Assembly: GCA_903864265.1 (NCBI GenBank) | Contig: CAIPFN010000080.1 | Location: 18,150 to 82,149 of the forward strand | Source of the DNA: an uncultured Bacteroidales bacterium | Lineage (GTDB): Bacteria > Bacteroidota > Bacteroidia > Bacteroidales > UBA4417 | DNA: 64,000 bases | Reading direction: 5' to 3' | In this document: positions 17,809 to 27,547 of the stretch, one piece after another | Layout: every line of letters starts with the position of its first letter | How positions within the stretch are numbered: the stretch's first letter is position 1 | Position numbers and translations under genes: made by a program | The notes under the pieces: model-generated | Databases searched by the model: none | Told to the model about the DNA's origin: nothing | What the model saw: only the letters and a program-made list of their open reading frames with translations

Positions 17809-19710
17809 TGCTGACAGGAAGAGTTTTACTGCACTCACAATGCCTTCCATGTCGATTCCGCAATCGTGCTGCAGTTCTTCTATGGTCCCGTGTTCAACAA
17901 AACGATCGGGAATTCCAAGGTGATGAATAGCCGCCTGGTGAAACCCTGCTGCATTGGCGAATTCGGTAACCGCGCTGCCCAGGCCTCCGATGACAGATCC
18001 GTCCTCCAGTGTTATCACCCTGGTGAAATGTTTAAATACTTCGTTTAGCAGTTCTTCATCCAGGGGTTTCAGGAATCGAATGTCGTAAAGGGCAGCGTCA
18101 ATATTCATTGAAGCCAGAACCATGCAGGCTTCCAGGGCAGTGTTGCCCAGAGGGCCAATGCTAATGATAGCCAGGTCTTTTCCTTGCCTTATCATCCGGC
18201 CTTTGCCCAGGGGGAGGGCCGTAAAAGGAGTCTTCCAGATGGGCATGACTCCCCTGCCACGGGGATACCGTATGGCAAAAGGGCCCATACCCTCAAGTTG
18301 TGCCGTGTACATCATGTTGCGAAGTTCTTCCTCATTCATTGGTGAACAAATGGTGAGGTTGGGAATAGGCCTAAGGTATGCCAAATCGTAAACGCCATGA
18401 TGGGTAGCGCCGTCTTCGCCTACCAGGCCGCCGCGGTCGAGGCAGAAAACAACCTGCAGGTTCTGAAGAGCCACATCATGAATCAGCTGGTCGTAGGCGC
18501 GCTGCATAAAACTTGAATAAATATTGCAGAAAGGTATCAGCCCACTGGCGGCCATGCCTGCCGAAAAGGTTACGGCATGCTGTTCGGCTATGCCAACGTC
18601 AAAAGCACGTTCAGGCATTTTTGCCATCATCAGGTTCAGCGAGCAGCCGGTAGGCATGGCGGGTGTTACGCCTACGATTTTGTCGTTCATTTCGGCCAGT
18701 TCGATGATGGTCTTTCCAAAAACAACCTGGTATTTGGGCGCCTGGTTTTTGCAATGGGTTTCCTTTAATTCACCGGTTTCCATATCGAAAATACCGGGAG
18801 CGTGAAATAGAGTCTGGTCGCGTTCGGCTTTTTCATAGCCTTTGCCTTTCACCGTGATCACATGCAGCAGTTTAGGTCCGGGAATATTCTGCAGGTCCCG
18901 CATCAGGTGCACCAACTTCACCACATCATGCCCGTCGACAGGCCCGAAATACCTGAATCCAAAGGCTTCAAACAGGTTACTTTCCTTGAGAAGGGTTGCT
19001 TTCACTGCATTGCTGATTTGTTTGACAACGGCACGGGAATTGGCGCCGTAACGGGTTTTCCCGCCCATCAGCCACCATACTTTGTCCTTCAGCTTATTAT
19101 AGGCCCTCGAAGTGGTAATCACGGTAAGGTAACGTGAAAGTCCGCCTACATTTTTATCAATGGCGATCCCGTTGTCGTTCAGGATCACCAGCAGGTTTGC
19201 TTTCGACACCCCGGCATTGTTGAGGGCTTCCATGGCCATACCGGCAGTCATGGAGCCGTCGCCGATTACGGCGATATGCTGTTGGTTCTTGCGGCCCAGC
19301 AAACCTGCCGCCACGGCCATGCCAAGTGCGGCCGAAATACTGGTGGAGGAGTGGCCGGTGCCAAAGGCATCATATTCGCTCTCCGAAATCCTGGGAAAGC
19401 CGCTAATGCCCCCGTAGGTGCGGTTCGTATAAAAAATGTCCTTACGGCCGGTAAGTATTTTATGCGCATAAGCCTGGTGGCCTACATCCCAGATGAGTTT
19501 ATCGTCGGGGGTATGGAATGCGTAATGTATGGCTGCCGTAAGCTCAACCACGCCCAGACTGGCACCCAGGTGGCCCGGATTCCGCGAAATGACTTCGAGT
19601 ATAAACTGTCGCACTTCCCTGCACAATTGCGGCAGCTCATCAACCGGAAGTTGACGCAGATCGGCCGGTGAATTGATGTTTGATAACAAGGTGCCCTGTG
19701 CGGGTGTCAT
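17806..19710 (-). CDS. dxs: 1-deoxy-D-xylulose-5-phosphate synthase
   Basis: Full-length match to the Dxs architecture (GHLGASLG, GDGSMTAGMAMEALN TPP motif, transketolase C-terminal half). The ATG at 19710 (MTPAQGTLLSNINSPADLRQL) is the plausible start. The track start at 19797 is a TTG extension. Confidence 0.95.
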   Translation of the reverse strand: MTPAQGTLLSNINSPADLRQLPVDELPQLCREVRQFILEVISRNPGHLGASLGVVELTAAIHYAFHTPDDKLIWDVGHQAYAHKILTGRKDIFYTNRTYGGISGFPRISESEYDAFGTGHSSTSISAALGMAVAAGLLGRKNQQHIAVIGDGSMTAGMAMEALNNAGVSKANLLVILNDNGIAIDKNVGGLSRYLTVITTSRAYNKLKDKVWWLMGGKTRYGANSRAVVKQISNAVKATLLKESNLFEAFGFRYFGPVDGHDVVKLVHLMRDLQNIPGPKLLHVITVKGKGYEKAERDQTLFHAPGIFDMETGELKETHCKNQAPKYQVVFGKTIIELAEMNDKIVGVTPAMPTGCSLNLMMAKMPERAFDVGIAEQHAVTFSAGMAASGLIPFCNIYSSFMQRAYDQLIHDVALQNLQVVFCLDRGGLVGEDGATHHGVYDLAYLRPIPNLTICSPMNEEELRNMMYTAQLEGMGPFAIRYPRGRGVMPIWKTPFTALPLGKGRMIRQGKDLAIISIGPLGNTALEACMVLASMNIDAALYDIRFLKPLDEELLNEVFKHFTRVITLEDGSVIGGLGSAVTEFANAAGFHQAAIHHLGIPDRFVEHGTIEELQHDCGIDMEGIVSAVKLFLSA

Positions 19711-19896
19711 AATCCGGAATTTGGAGTGTAAAAGTAAGATTTTCCACCTTAACGTGGCCCGGCCGCGGATATTATCGTGATCAGGAAGTGATAACAAAAA
19801 ACCGGGATGTGTACTACAAGCACGGTTCTTTGAAATTCAATCAGTTATAACTCAGGGAAACAACATGAGCCGGGACATACAGGCAGGCAATCGCCT

Positions 19897-20220
19897 CTAA
19901 AGAAATCCCAGTTCCAGCATTCCTGATTCGCTGATCATGTTCCGGTCCCAGGGAGGCTCGAAGGTGAGCGTGATTTTGGCATCGGTAACGCCTTCCACTT
20001 CTTTCACCCTTTCGTGCAATTCAATAGGCAGGCTTTCGGCTACCGGGCAATTGGGAGCGGTTAACGTCATTTTGACATGAGCCACAAAATCATCATCTAT
20101 CAGGATGGAATAGATCAGCCCCAGGTCATAGATATTTACAGGAATTTCAGGGTCATATATGGTTTTAATTACCTGGACAATTCTTTCGGAGAGTATATCT
20201 TTTTCGATTTGCTTGTACAT
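19897..20220 (-). CDS. SUF-system Fe-S assembly protein, DUF59/SufT-like
   Basis: 107 aa with DPEIPVNIYDLGLIY and TLTAPNCPVAE motifs of the MIP18/DUF59 family. It is the last gene of the suf cluster. Confidence 0.85.
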   Translation of the reverse strand: MYKQIEKDILSERIVQVIKTIYDPEIPVNIYDLGLIYSILIDDDFVAHVKMTLTAPNCPVAESLPIELHERVKEVEGVTDAKITLTFEPPWDRNMISESGMLELGFL

Positions 20221-20307
20221 TTGAGGAAGTGTATTAGGGATTCCGGTTGAGGTGATGGTTCTGTGTTAAAAGCCGAACCGCTGGATGTTTGTTCAGGTTT
20301 CCCCGGA

Positions 20308-20736
20308 TTAACTATTCTTTTCCTTTACCTGGTAAGCGAAAGCATACAGTTTAATTTGTTTTACCATCGAAAGCAGGCCATTGCTACGGGTAGGGGAGAG
20401 GTGCTCCCTGAGCCCGATTTTATCCAGGAAATCGGTTTCGGCTTCCACAATTTCGGTGGGCGTATGACCGGAAAATACCCGGATAAGCAGAAACGCTATC
20501 CCCTTGGTAATAACAGCATCACTATCAGCTGTAAAATAAATCAAACCGTCTCTGTATTCGGAACTCAGCCATACTCTCGACTGGCAGCCTACGATCAGGT
20601 TAGAATCATTTTTCTGGGTCTCATCAATCAAAGGAACCGAGCGGCCCATTTCGATCAGGTAATTGTATTTATCCATCCAGTCGTCGAACTGGCTAAACTC
20701 ATTGATTATCTGGTCAATAGTTTCATTAATTGTCAT
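20308..20736 (-). CDS. sufE: SufE-like cysteine desulfuration protein
   Basis: MTINETIDQIINEFSQFDDWMDKYNYLIEMG is a typical Bacteroidota SufE N-terminus, and the conserved Cys context (VGCQSRVW) is present. Start taken at the ATG at 20736. Confidence 0.85.
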   Translation of the reverse strand: MTINETIDQIINEFSQFDDWMDKYNYLIEMGRSVPLIDETQKNDSNLIVGCQSRVWLSSEYRDGLIYFTADSDAVITKGIAFLLIRVFSGHTPTEIVEAETDFLDKIGLREHLSPTRSNGLLSMVKQIKLYAFAYQVKEKNS

Positions 20737-20890
20737 CTTGCCAAATGTGTTTAAATAATGTAGAAAATGCACTTCCATATTTCAGCATGCCGGTATACAG
20801 ATTCCGTATCCTGAATGGCTTTAATCTCCGAACACCTTATTAAACCGGTGTTATTCCGGAAGCCCTTTTTAGGTCAGCCCTACAGTGTGT

Positions 20891-22126
20891 TTAAGCGAAA
20901 AGCGTTTTCACCTGCTGAATGCCAGCAAGCATTTTGTCGATTTCGCCCCTGGTGTTGTAAAAGGCCATTGAGGCGCGCAAGGTACCATTTATTCCTAAAA
21001 CATTCATCAAAGGCTGGGTACAATGATTCCCGGTACGTACGGCTATTCCCAGGTGATCCAGTATAGTGCCCGCATCAAAGAAATGAATCCCGTCAATCAC
21101 AAACGAAATGATGGCAGCTTTTTGTGCCGGACTGCCTATGATTCGGACCCCTTCCATCTGCTGCAGCCTTTGGGTGGCATAGCTCAGCAGATCATTTTCC
21201 TGGGTTTTGATGAAATCCCACCCCAGCATGTTGAGATAATCAATAGCAGCGCCCAGCCCCATGACATCGGCAACATTAGGCGTTCCGGCCTCAAATTTAT
21301 ATGGAATTTCGTTATAGGTAGTCTTTTCAAAAGTAACTTTATCAATCATCTCGCCACCGAGCTGGTAGGGCTGCATTTGTTCGAGCCACGAAGTTTTGCC
21401 GTACAGGCCGCCAATCCCCATAGGGCCATACATTTTATGCGACGAAAAGGCGTAAAAGTCGCAACCGGAGTCCTGAACATCCACCGGACCATGCGAGAGT
21501 CCCTGGGCGCCATCAACAAACACAGGTATATTCATGCCATGTGCCATCCCGACAATCTCCCTGATGGGGTTTATGGTCCCCAGCGCATTGGAAATATGAC
21601 TGATAGCAATCATTTTGGTGCGTTCATTCATCAGGCCAGCGAGTACTTCCTTGTTCAGCTCGCCTTCGGGCGTAACAGGAATAACTTTCAGATGAGCCCC
21701 TTTGCGCTCGCAGGCGGCCTGCCAGGGAACAATATTGGAATGATGATCCAGGGCCGAGACCAGGATTTCATCCCCGGCTTTCAGGAAGGTTTCCCCGTAC
21801 GACCAGGCCACCAGGTTTATGGCTTCGGTAGCTCCGCGGGTAAAGATGATTTCATTCGGACTGCCGGCATTTACAAATGCAGCCACCTTTTTGCGGGTGT
21901 CCTCGAAAGCCGCGGTAGCCTGCTGGCTTAGGTAATGCACACCACGGTGTACATTGGCATTGTCGTTACGGTAGTAATTGCTGATGGCATCAATTACTGA
22001 ATTGGGTTTCTGAGTAGTGGCAGCATTGTCGAAGTACACAAGTGGTTTCCCATAGATACTCCTCGACAGTATCGGAAAGTCGTTCCGTACTGATTGGATT
22101 TTTTCTTCTGAAATTTCGATCATCAC
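20891..22126 (-). CDS. sufS: cysteine desulfurase, SufS family
   Basis: PLP lysine context SSHKMYGP and catalytic Cys context RTGNHCTQP. It lies within the suf operon. Confidence 0.95.
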   Translation of the reverse strand: MMIEISEEKIQSVRNDFPILSRSIYGKPLVYFDNAATTQKPNSVIDAISNYYRNDNANVHRGVHYLSQQATAAFEDTRKKVAAFVNAGSPNEIIFTRGATEAINLVAWSYGETFLKAGDEILVSALDHHSNIVPWQAACERKGAHLKVIPVTPEGELNKEVLAGLMNERTKMIAISHISNALGTINPIREIVGMAHGMNIPVFVDGAQGLSHGPVDVQDSGCDFYAFSSHKMYGPMGIGGLYGKTSWLEQMQPYQLGGEMIDKVTFEKTTYNEIPYKFEAGTPNVADVMGLGAAIDYLNMLGWDFIKTQENDLLSYATQRLQQMEGVRIIGSPAQKAAIISFVIDGIHFFDAGTILDHLGIAVRTGNHCTQPLMNVLGINGTLRASMAFYNTRGEIDKMLAGIQQVKTLFA

Positions 22127-22135
22127 CCTTGAGTA

Positions 22136-23557
22136 TCAGACTTTAGACAGATCAATTTTGAATTCAACTTTCTGATGCTCGTGTGTGCTGCAATTCAGCA
22201 CGCATTGTTCGCATTGGGAGAGTTCGCCGCGGAGGCGCTTTTTTACCATGTCGTCCATGCGCAAACGCAATTCGGGAATGGAGATCTTGTTGATGACATC
22301 AGCAGCAAAAGCATACATCAGCAATATTTTGGCATTGGCTTCGCTGATCCCACGCGAACGTATATAAAATAAGGCTTCGGCATCCAGCTGCCCTATGGTT
22401 GCCCCATGGCTGCATTTTACGTCGTCGGCATATATTTCGAGGAATGGCTTGGTGTCGATACTGGCTTTATCGGTGAGCAGTATATTCTTATTCGTTTGAA
22501 AGGCATTGGTTTTCTGAGCATCGCGATGAACCTTGATATGCCCGTTAAACACCCCGCTGGCATGATCGTCGAGTACGCCTTTGAAAAGTTCGCGGCTCTC
22601 GCACTCGGGAGCCGCATGATTTATATACACCTGATTATCGATATGCTGATAACGGTCCATCAGGTAAAGGCCATAAACGTCAGCACTGCAATGGGCTCCG
22701 CTCATGGTTACATGCGACAGGTTACGTATCATTCCCCCGTTCAGGCTGATGGCGTTGGTGGATAAGCTGCTGCCTTCGTCCTGCTGAAAATACATGGAAT
22801 TGATCAGCGTGGTATGGTCGTCCTTGTTTTGCAGCTTATAGTGATCCAGCGTCGAATTTCGCCCGATTTTTACCTCGGTCACGGTGTTCACAAAGGTGAC
22901 ATCGTGATTGATGGAATCGTCGCATTGCACCAGTCTAAGGTGGCTGTTTTCGCCTAGTATAACCAGATTCCTGGTATTGAGAAACAGGTTCTGTTTGAAA
23001 TCGGTGATGTTAACCATCTGAATATTCTGCTCCACCGTCACATTATCGGGGATGTAAATAAATATCCCGTCCTGCGACATGGCCGTGTTCAGGGCTGTCA
23101 GGCTCTCGGCCTCATCGTCGGCATAGCGGCCATAGTGCTGGTTAATCAACTCAGGGTATTTACTGAAGGCTGCCGAAAGACTTCCTATAATCATCCCATT
23201 GGGATACACCTGCAACAGTTTTTTCCGGTCGGCATACCATCCATTGAGTTGCGATACCAGCAAAGTTTCGAAATGCGGAACATCGCATTTGAATATGGCA
23301 TCAATATCCAGTTCGGCCGAAGGGGGTTCAGGCAAAGTATGATATTCGTGATTCAGGGCGCGCGAAAGGTCGGTGCCGCGCCAGCGTTCGAGAGCCGCAT
23401 GAGGAAACCCGGCTTTGGCAAATAAATCAAAAGCCTTTGCCCGTTTCCCGGCCACAAAAGGAGTGTCATTCCGGCTGATTTCCTGCTGCCGGGCAGCAAA
23501 AACCGCTTTGAGATATTCCTTTAGGTCGTATATAATTGGAACTATTCCTGCTTCCAT
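22136..23557 (-). CDS. sufD: Fe-S cluster assembly protein SufD
   Basis: Positioned between sufC and sufS. The C-terminal beta-helix region (PFLEIYADDVKCSHGATIGQLD) is characteristic of SufB/D. Confidence 0.9.
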   Translation of the reverse strand: MEAGIVPIIYDLKEYLKAVFAARQQEISRNDTPFVAGKRAKAFDLFAKAGFPHAALERWRGTDLSRALNHEYHTLPEPPSAELDIDAIFKCDVPHFETLLVSQLNGWYADRKKLLQVYPNGMIIGSLSAAFSKYPELINQHYGRYADDEAESLTALNTAMSQDGIFIYIPDNVTVEQNIQMVNITDFKQNLFLNTRNLVILGENSHLRLVQCDDSINHDVTFVNTVTEVKIGRNSTLDHYKLQNKDDHTTLINSMYFQQDEGSSLSTNAISLNGGMIRNLSHVTMSGAHCSADVYGLYLMDRYQHIDNQVYINHAAPECESRELFKGVLDDHASGVFNGHIKVHRDAQKTNAFQTNKNILLTDKASIDTKPFLEIYADDVKCSHGATIGQLDAEALFYIRSRGISEANAKILLMYAFAADVINKISIPELRLRMDDMVKKRLRGELSQCEQCVLNCSTHEHQKVEFKIDLSKV

Positions 23558-23586
23558 AATTGGTTTCTGTGTTTGATTTCCTGAAA

Positions 23587-24333
23587 TCAGGATTCATTTC
23601 TTATCCATTCGTATCCTTTTTCCTCCAGTTGTAAAGCGAGCTCTTTGCCTCCTGATTTCACAATGCGGCCATCGAAAAGCACATGCACCACATCGGGAAC
23701 AATATACTCGAGCAGGCGCTGGTAGTGGGTAATGACAATGGTAGCATTGTCGGGACGGCGAAGTTTATTTACCCCGGTGGCCACAATTCGCAAAGCGTCA
23801 ATATCAAGGCCTGAGTCGGTTTCGTCGAGTATAGCCAGTGATGGTTCAAGCATGGCCATCTGGAAGATTTCATTTTTTTTCTTCTCCCCTCCAGAGAAGC
23901 CTTCATTCACCGAGCGGCTGGCCAGTTTTTCCTGCAATTCCAGCATTTTCTTTTTCTCTTCCATTCGGGCCAGGAACTCGGTAGCAGGCACCGGGTCGAG
24001 GCCGTGGTACTTGCGCTGTTCGTTGATAGCGGTACGAAGAAAATTGGTTATCGAAACACCGGGAATTTCAACCGGGTACTGGAAGCCGAGAAATAAGCCT
24101 TCGCAGGCACGCTCTTCGGCAGATAACTGCAGTATATTTCGTCCCTTGAAAATAATTTCGCCTTCGGTAACTTCGTAGCCCTCACGGCCGGCTATCACAT
24201 AAGCCAAAGTGCTTTTACCGGTGCCGTTCGGACCCATAATAGCATGTACCTCTCCGGCGTTTACCTCGAGGTTAATCCCTTTTAAAATCTCTTTTCCTTT
24301 AATGGATACTTTCAGATTTCGTATACTTAACAT
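23587..24333 (-). CDS. sufC: Fe-S cluster assembly ATPase SufC
   Basis: Walker A GPNGTGKST, ABC signature FSGGEKKK and Walker B ILDETDSGLD. Confidence 0.95.
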   Translation of the reverse strand: MLSIRNLKVSIKGKEILKGINLEVNAGEVHAIMGPNGTGKSTLAYVIAGREGYEVTEGEIIFKGRNILQLSAEERACEGLFLGFQYPVEIPGVSITNFLRTAINEQRKYHGLDPVPATEFLARMEEKKKMLELQEKLASRSVNEGFSGGEKKKNEIFQMAMLEPSLAILDETDSGLDIDALRIVATGVNKLRRPDNATIVITHYQRLLEYIVPDVVHVLFDGRIVKSGGKELALQLEEKGYEWIRNES

Positions 24334-24369
24334 GTGTAGAATATTGTGGTGTGTTTAGTTGCTTTTTTA

Positions 24370-24398
24370 GTTCCGGGTTCCGGAGTTCCGGGTTCCGG
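24370..24398 (-). repeat. heptanucleotide array (CCGGAAC)n, 4 units, in the sufB-sufC spacer
   Basis: The plus strand reads GTTCCGG GTTCCGG A GTTCCGG GTTCCGG. It is the reverse complement of the CCGGAAC module at 44682-44709. Confidence 0.9.
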
Positions 24399-24440
24399 CA
24401 ATTGCAGTCATGCCCTTTAAGGCTAATTTCTTATTTAGTA

Positions 24441-24520
24441 TCCAACATCCGACATCCAACATCCAACATCGCAGATCAAACTTCGCAGATCCGACATCCG
24501 ACATCGCAGATCCGACATCA
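24441..24520 (-). repeat. heptanucleotide array (GGATGTY / GATCTGC variants), 11 units, directly after the sufB stop
   Basis: Minus strand: TAA TGA TGTCGGA TCTGCGA TGTCGGA TGTCGGA TCTGCGA AGTTTGA TCTGCGA TGTTGGA TGTTGGA TGTCGGA TGTTGGA. The period is exactly 7 throughout. Confidence 0.95.
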
Positions 24521-25969
24521 TTAACCCACGCTTCCCTCGAGGCTGATGGCTAAAAGCTTTTGTGCTTCAACGGCAAATTCCATTGGTAAATGCATCAGTA
24601 CTTCCTTGGCATATCCATTCACGATCAGGCCTATGGCGCTTTCGGAACTGATACCGCGTTGCTTGCAATAGAAAAGCTGGTCGTCCGAAATTTTGGAGGT
24701 GGTAGCTTCGTGTTCAATGATGGAGGTATGGTTTTCGGCTTTGATATACGGATAGGTGTGAGCCCCGCATTTATCGCCCAGCAGCAGCGAATCGCACTGG
24801 GAGAAATTACGGGCATTTTCAGCCCTCTTGATCACCTTAACAAGCCCCCGGTAGCTGTTGTTGCTTTGCCCGGCCGAAATGCCTTTTGAAATAATGGTGC
24901 TTTTGGTATTCTTGCCCAGGTGTATCATTTTCGAACCGGTGTCGGCCTGCTGGAAATTGTTGGTTACCGCCACCGAATAAAATTCGCCCACCGAATTATC
25001 ACCCATCAGCACCACGCTGGGATATTTCCAGGTGATTGCCGATCCGGTTTCCACCTGGGTCCAGGATATTTTGGAGTGACTTCCCTTACAGATACCTCGT
25101 TTTGTAACAAAGTTATAAATACCGCCTTCGCCTTTTTTATTGCCGGGGTACCAGTTTTGAACGGTGCTGTATTTAACTTCGGCATCCTTCATGGCTACAA
25201 TCTCCACGATGGCGGCATGCAGCTGGTTTTCGTCACGCATAGGAGCCGTACATCCTTCCATATAGCTCACATAAGCACCTTCGTCGGCTACAATCAGGGT
25301 ACGTTCGAACTGACCGGTATTTGCCGCATTGATGCGGAAATAGGTCGATAATTCAACCGGGCAGCGCACTCCTTTGGGGATATAACAGAACGAGCCATCG
25401 CTGAAAACAGCGGAATTGAGTGCGGCAAAGAAGTTATCGTTGCTTGGCACCACGCTGCCCATATATTGTTTAACCAGTTCCGGGTGATTCTGTACCGCAT
25501 CGCTGAAGGAACAAAAAATCACTCCATATTTTGAAAGCACATCCGTAAAAGTAGTTTTGACCGATACGCTGTCGATTACTGCATCAACGGCTACCCCGCT
25601 CAGTTTTTTCTGCTCCTCGAGCGATATGCCCAGCTTATTGAAGGTCTCAATCAGTTCAGGATCCACTTCATCAAGGCTGCTGAGTTCTTTTTTACGTTTA
25701 GGAGCGGCATAATATATAATATCCTGGTACCTGATAGGCGGGTGATGAAGATGGGCCCAGGAAGGCTCGGTAAGCGTAAGCCAGTGGCGATAAGCGCTGA
25801 GCCTGAACTCAAGCATCCAGCCCGGCTCATTCTTTTTGGCCGATATAAACCTCACCGTATCCTCACTCAGCCCCACCAGGGCCATATCCATCTCGATGTC
25901 GGTATAAAAGCCATACTTGTAATCGCTGTTGGTTACTTCTTCCAGTATATTATTCTGATCTTTTTCCAT
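24521..25969 (-). CDS. sufB: Fe-S cluster assembly scaffold SufB
   Basis: 482 aa with highly conserved SufB blocks ([41 protein letters not shown]). Confidence 0.97.
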   Translation of the reverse strand: MEKDQNNILEEVTNSDYKYGFYTDIEMDMALVGLSEDTVRFISAKKNEPGWMLEFRLSAYRHWLTLTEPSWAHLHHPPIRYQDIIYYAAPKRKKELSSLDEVDPELIETFNKLGISLEEQKKLSGVAVDAVIDSVSVKTTFTDVLSKYGVIFCSFSDAVQNHPELVKQYMGSVVPSNDNFFAALNSAVFSDGSFCYIPKGVRCPVELSTYFRINAANTGQFERTLIVADEGAYVSYMEGCTAPMRDENQLHAAIVEIVAMKDAEVKYSTVQNWYPGNKKGEGGIYNFVTKRGICKGSHSKISWTQVETGSAITWKYPSVVLMGDNSVGEFYSVAVTNNFQQADTGSKMIHLGKNTKSTIISKGISAGQSNNSYRGLVKVIKRAENARNFSQCDSLLLGDKCGAHTYPYIKAENHTSIIEHEATTSKISDDQLFYCKQRGISSESAIGLIVNGYAKEVLMHLPMEFAVEAQKLLAISLEGSVG

Positions 25970-26022
25970 TTGCTAATGATGTTCAGGCCCTTATTTATCT
26001 TTGGTTTAAATAAACTTAGCGG

Positions 26023-26030
26023 CAAAGTTA
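26023..26030 (-). promoter_or_regulatory. candidate Bacteroidota -7 promoter box (TAACTTTG) upstream of sufB
   Basis: Matches the TAnnTTTG consensus of Bacteroides-type sigma-A promoters, 54 nt upstream of the sufB ATG. I see no clear -33 TTTG. Confidence 0.3.
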
Positions 26031-26376
26031 GTAATAATAAAAGTATTGCAATACCTCAATTCACAGTTCCCTGAGTAAAAAAACAAGTGTGACAATGAAA
26101 TGTTTATTTATTTCGGAAAATGAATACTGAATTTGAAGCGGACAGGGATCCCCCGAAATTTCTTTTGGAAGAAAAGATGACTTTTAACCACAAACGCCAG
26201 GCGATAAGGAGCAAACAAGGAGGGCCTAAATAAACTTCACGGAATTGATTCTGCCTGATGTTTTTGAGGGTTGAAATCCAATAAGGGCATCGCCAGGGAT
26301 GGCAGGAAGAATGTCGTTGGAAAATAAATCCCGGTGGAGCCCGGGGTAATCTATGCCTCCGTGGGAAAGAAAACCT

Positions 26377-26384
26377 TAATTTTG
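26377..26384 (+). promoter_or_regulatory. candidate -7 promoter box (TAATTTTG) upstream of thiL
   Basis: Matches TAnnTTTG, 16 nt before the thiL ATG, which would imply a very short leader. Confidence 0.3.
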
Positions 26385-26400
26385 CGGCAAATAACCTCAC

Positions 26401-27456
26401 ATGACCGATCCAACACCCGGCAAACGCACCGAACTTTCGTCCTTAGGCGAATTCGGACTTATCAGGCACCTTACCGAAGCCTTTGTTAACGAGCAACCCT
26501 CCACTATTAAAGGCATAGGCGACGATGCTGCCGTGATTGACTACGGTGATAAAGTTACCCTGGTATCCACCGATCTTCTGGTCGAAGGGGTGCATTTTGA
26601 CCTGGCTTATATGCCTTTGCGGCACCTGGGATATAAATGTGCCACCGTCAATTTCTCGGATATAGTAGCCATGAACGGCACGCCCAGGCAGCTCTTTGTA
26701 GGAATATCGGTTTCGAACCGCTTTCCGGTCGAAGCGCTTGACGAAATATACCAGGGCATACGGCTGGCCTGCGAACGCTATCATGTGGACCTGGCCGGGG
26801 GCGATACCACCTCTTCGGTTCATGGACTGTTTTTATCGCTTACCGTTACCGGAGAGGCGGATAAACAGGATGTTATATACCGCAATACGGCAAAAGAAAA
26901 TGACCTTGTATGTGTGAGCGGCGACCTGGGCAGTGCCTACATGGGATTGCTGTTGCTCGAACGCGAAAAGAAAGTTTACCAGGACGACCCCGATATGCAG
27001 CCCGACCTGGCGGGATACGATTATATACTCGAAAGGCAATTGAAACCCGAGCCCAGAACCGATATTATTGAATTGCTGAAAAGCGTTGGCGTAAAACCCA
27101 CCGCCATGATTGATATTTCCGACGGGCTGGCATCCGAAATCCTTCATATTTGCGAGGACTCGGGCCTGGGCTGCAGAATTTTTGAGGATAAAATCCCTCT
27201 CGATGCCATGACCATCGCTGCCGCCGAAGAATTCAACATTCAGCCGGTGACTGCAGCCATGAACGGGGGTGAAGATTACGAGCTGTTGTTTACCATCAAC
27301 ATGAACGATTTCGAGAAAGTGAAAAACCTCGAAGGCATCAGCATCATCGGACATATGGCTGAGCCGAATGCCGGTGTTTTTCTGGCTACCAACAATGGCC
27401 CTTTAATCCAGATTGAAGCCATGGGCTGGAACCATATGCGGGATGAAGAAGAGTAG
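26401..27456 (+). CDS. thiL: thiamine-monophosphate kinase
   Basis: GEFGLIRHL and IGDDAAVI N-terminal motifs with an AIR-synthase-related fold (PurM-like). Confidence 0.9.
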   Translation: MTDPTPGKRTELSSLGEFGLIRHLTEAFVNEQPSTIKGIGDDAAVIDYGDKVTLVSTDLLVEGVHFDLAYMPLRHLGYKCATVNFSDIVAMNGTPRQLFVGISVSNRFPVEALDEIYQGIRLACERYHVDLAGGDTTSSVHGLFLSLTVTGEADKQDVIYRNTAKENDLVCVSGDLGSAYMGLLLLEREKKVYQDDPDMQPDLAGYDYILERQLKPEPRTDIIELLKSVGVKPTAMIDISDGLASEILHICEDSGLGCRIFEDKIPLDAMTIAAAEEFNIQPVTAAMNGGEDYELLFTINMNDFEKVKNLEGISIIGHMAEPNAGVFLATNNGPLIQIEAMGWNHMRDEEE

Positions 27457-27547
27457 GTAAAATGAACCCGGCCTTTCCGGACCAGCCTTAACGACCAGCA
27501 TCTAACTCTGAATCGATTATATCCCTTTTTAACTCCTGATTCAAATA

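Noticed and set aside
21023-21931. Long antisense ORFs inside well-supported genes (for example 21023..21931 in sufS, 34563..35444 in the C25 gene, 60949..61677 in the helicase, 2204..2713, 7445..7942, 26833..27354, 28475..29005)
   Set aside because: Each is fully nested opposite a gene with strong motif support. Their translated sequences are low-complexity or biased and have no recognisable domains.
26104-26400. 98-aa ORF on the minus strand in the sufB/thiL divergent region
   Set aside because: It has Arg/Pro-rich biased composition and sits in a promoter region. There is no homology signal or sensible start context.
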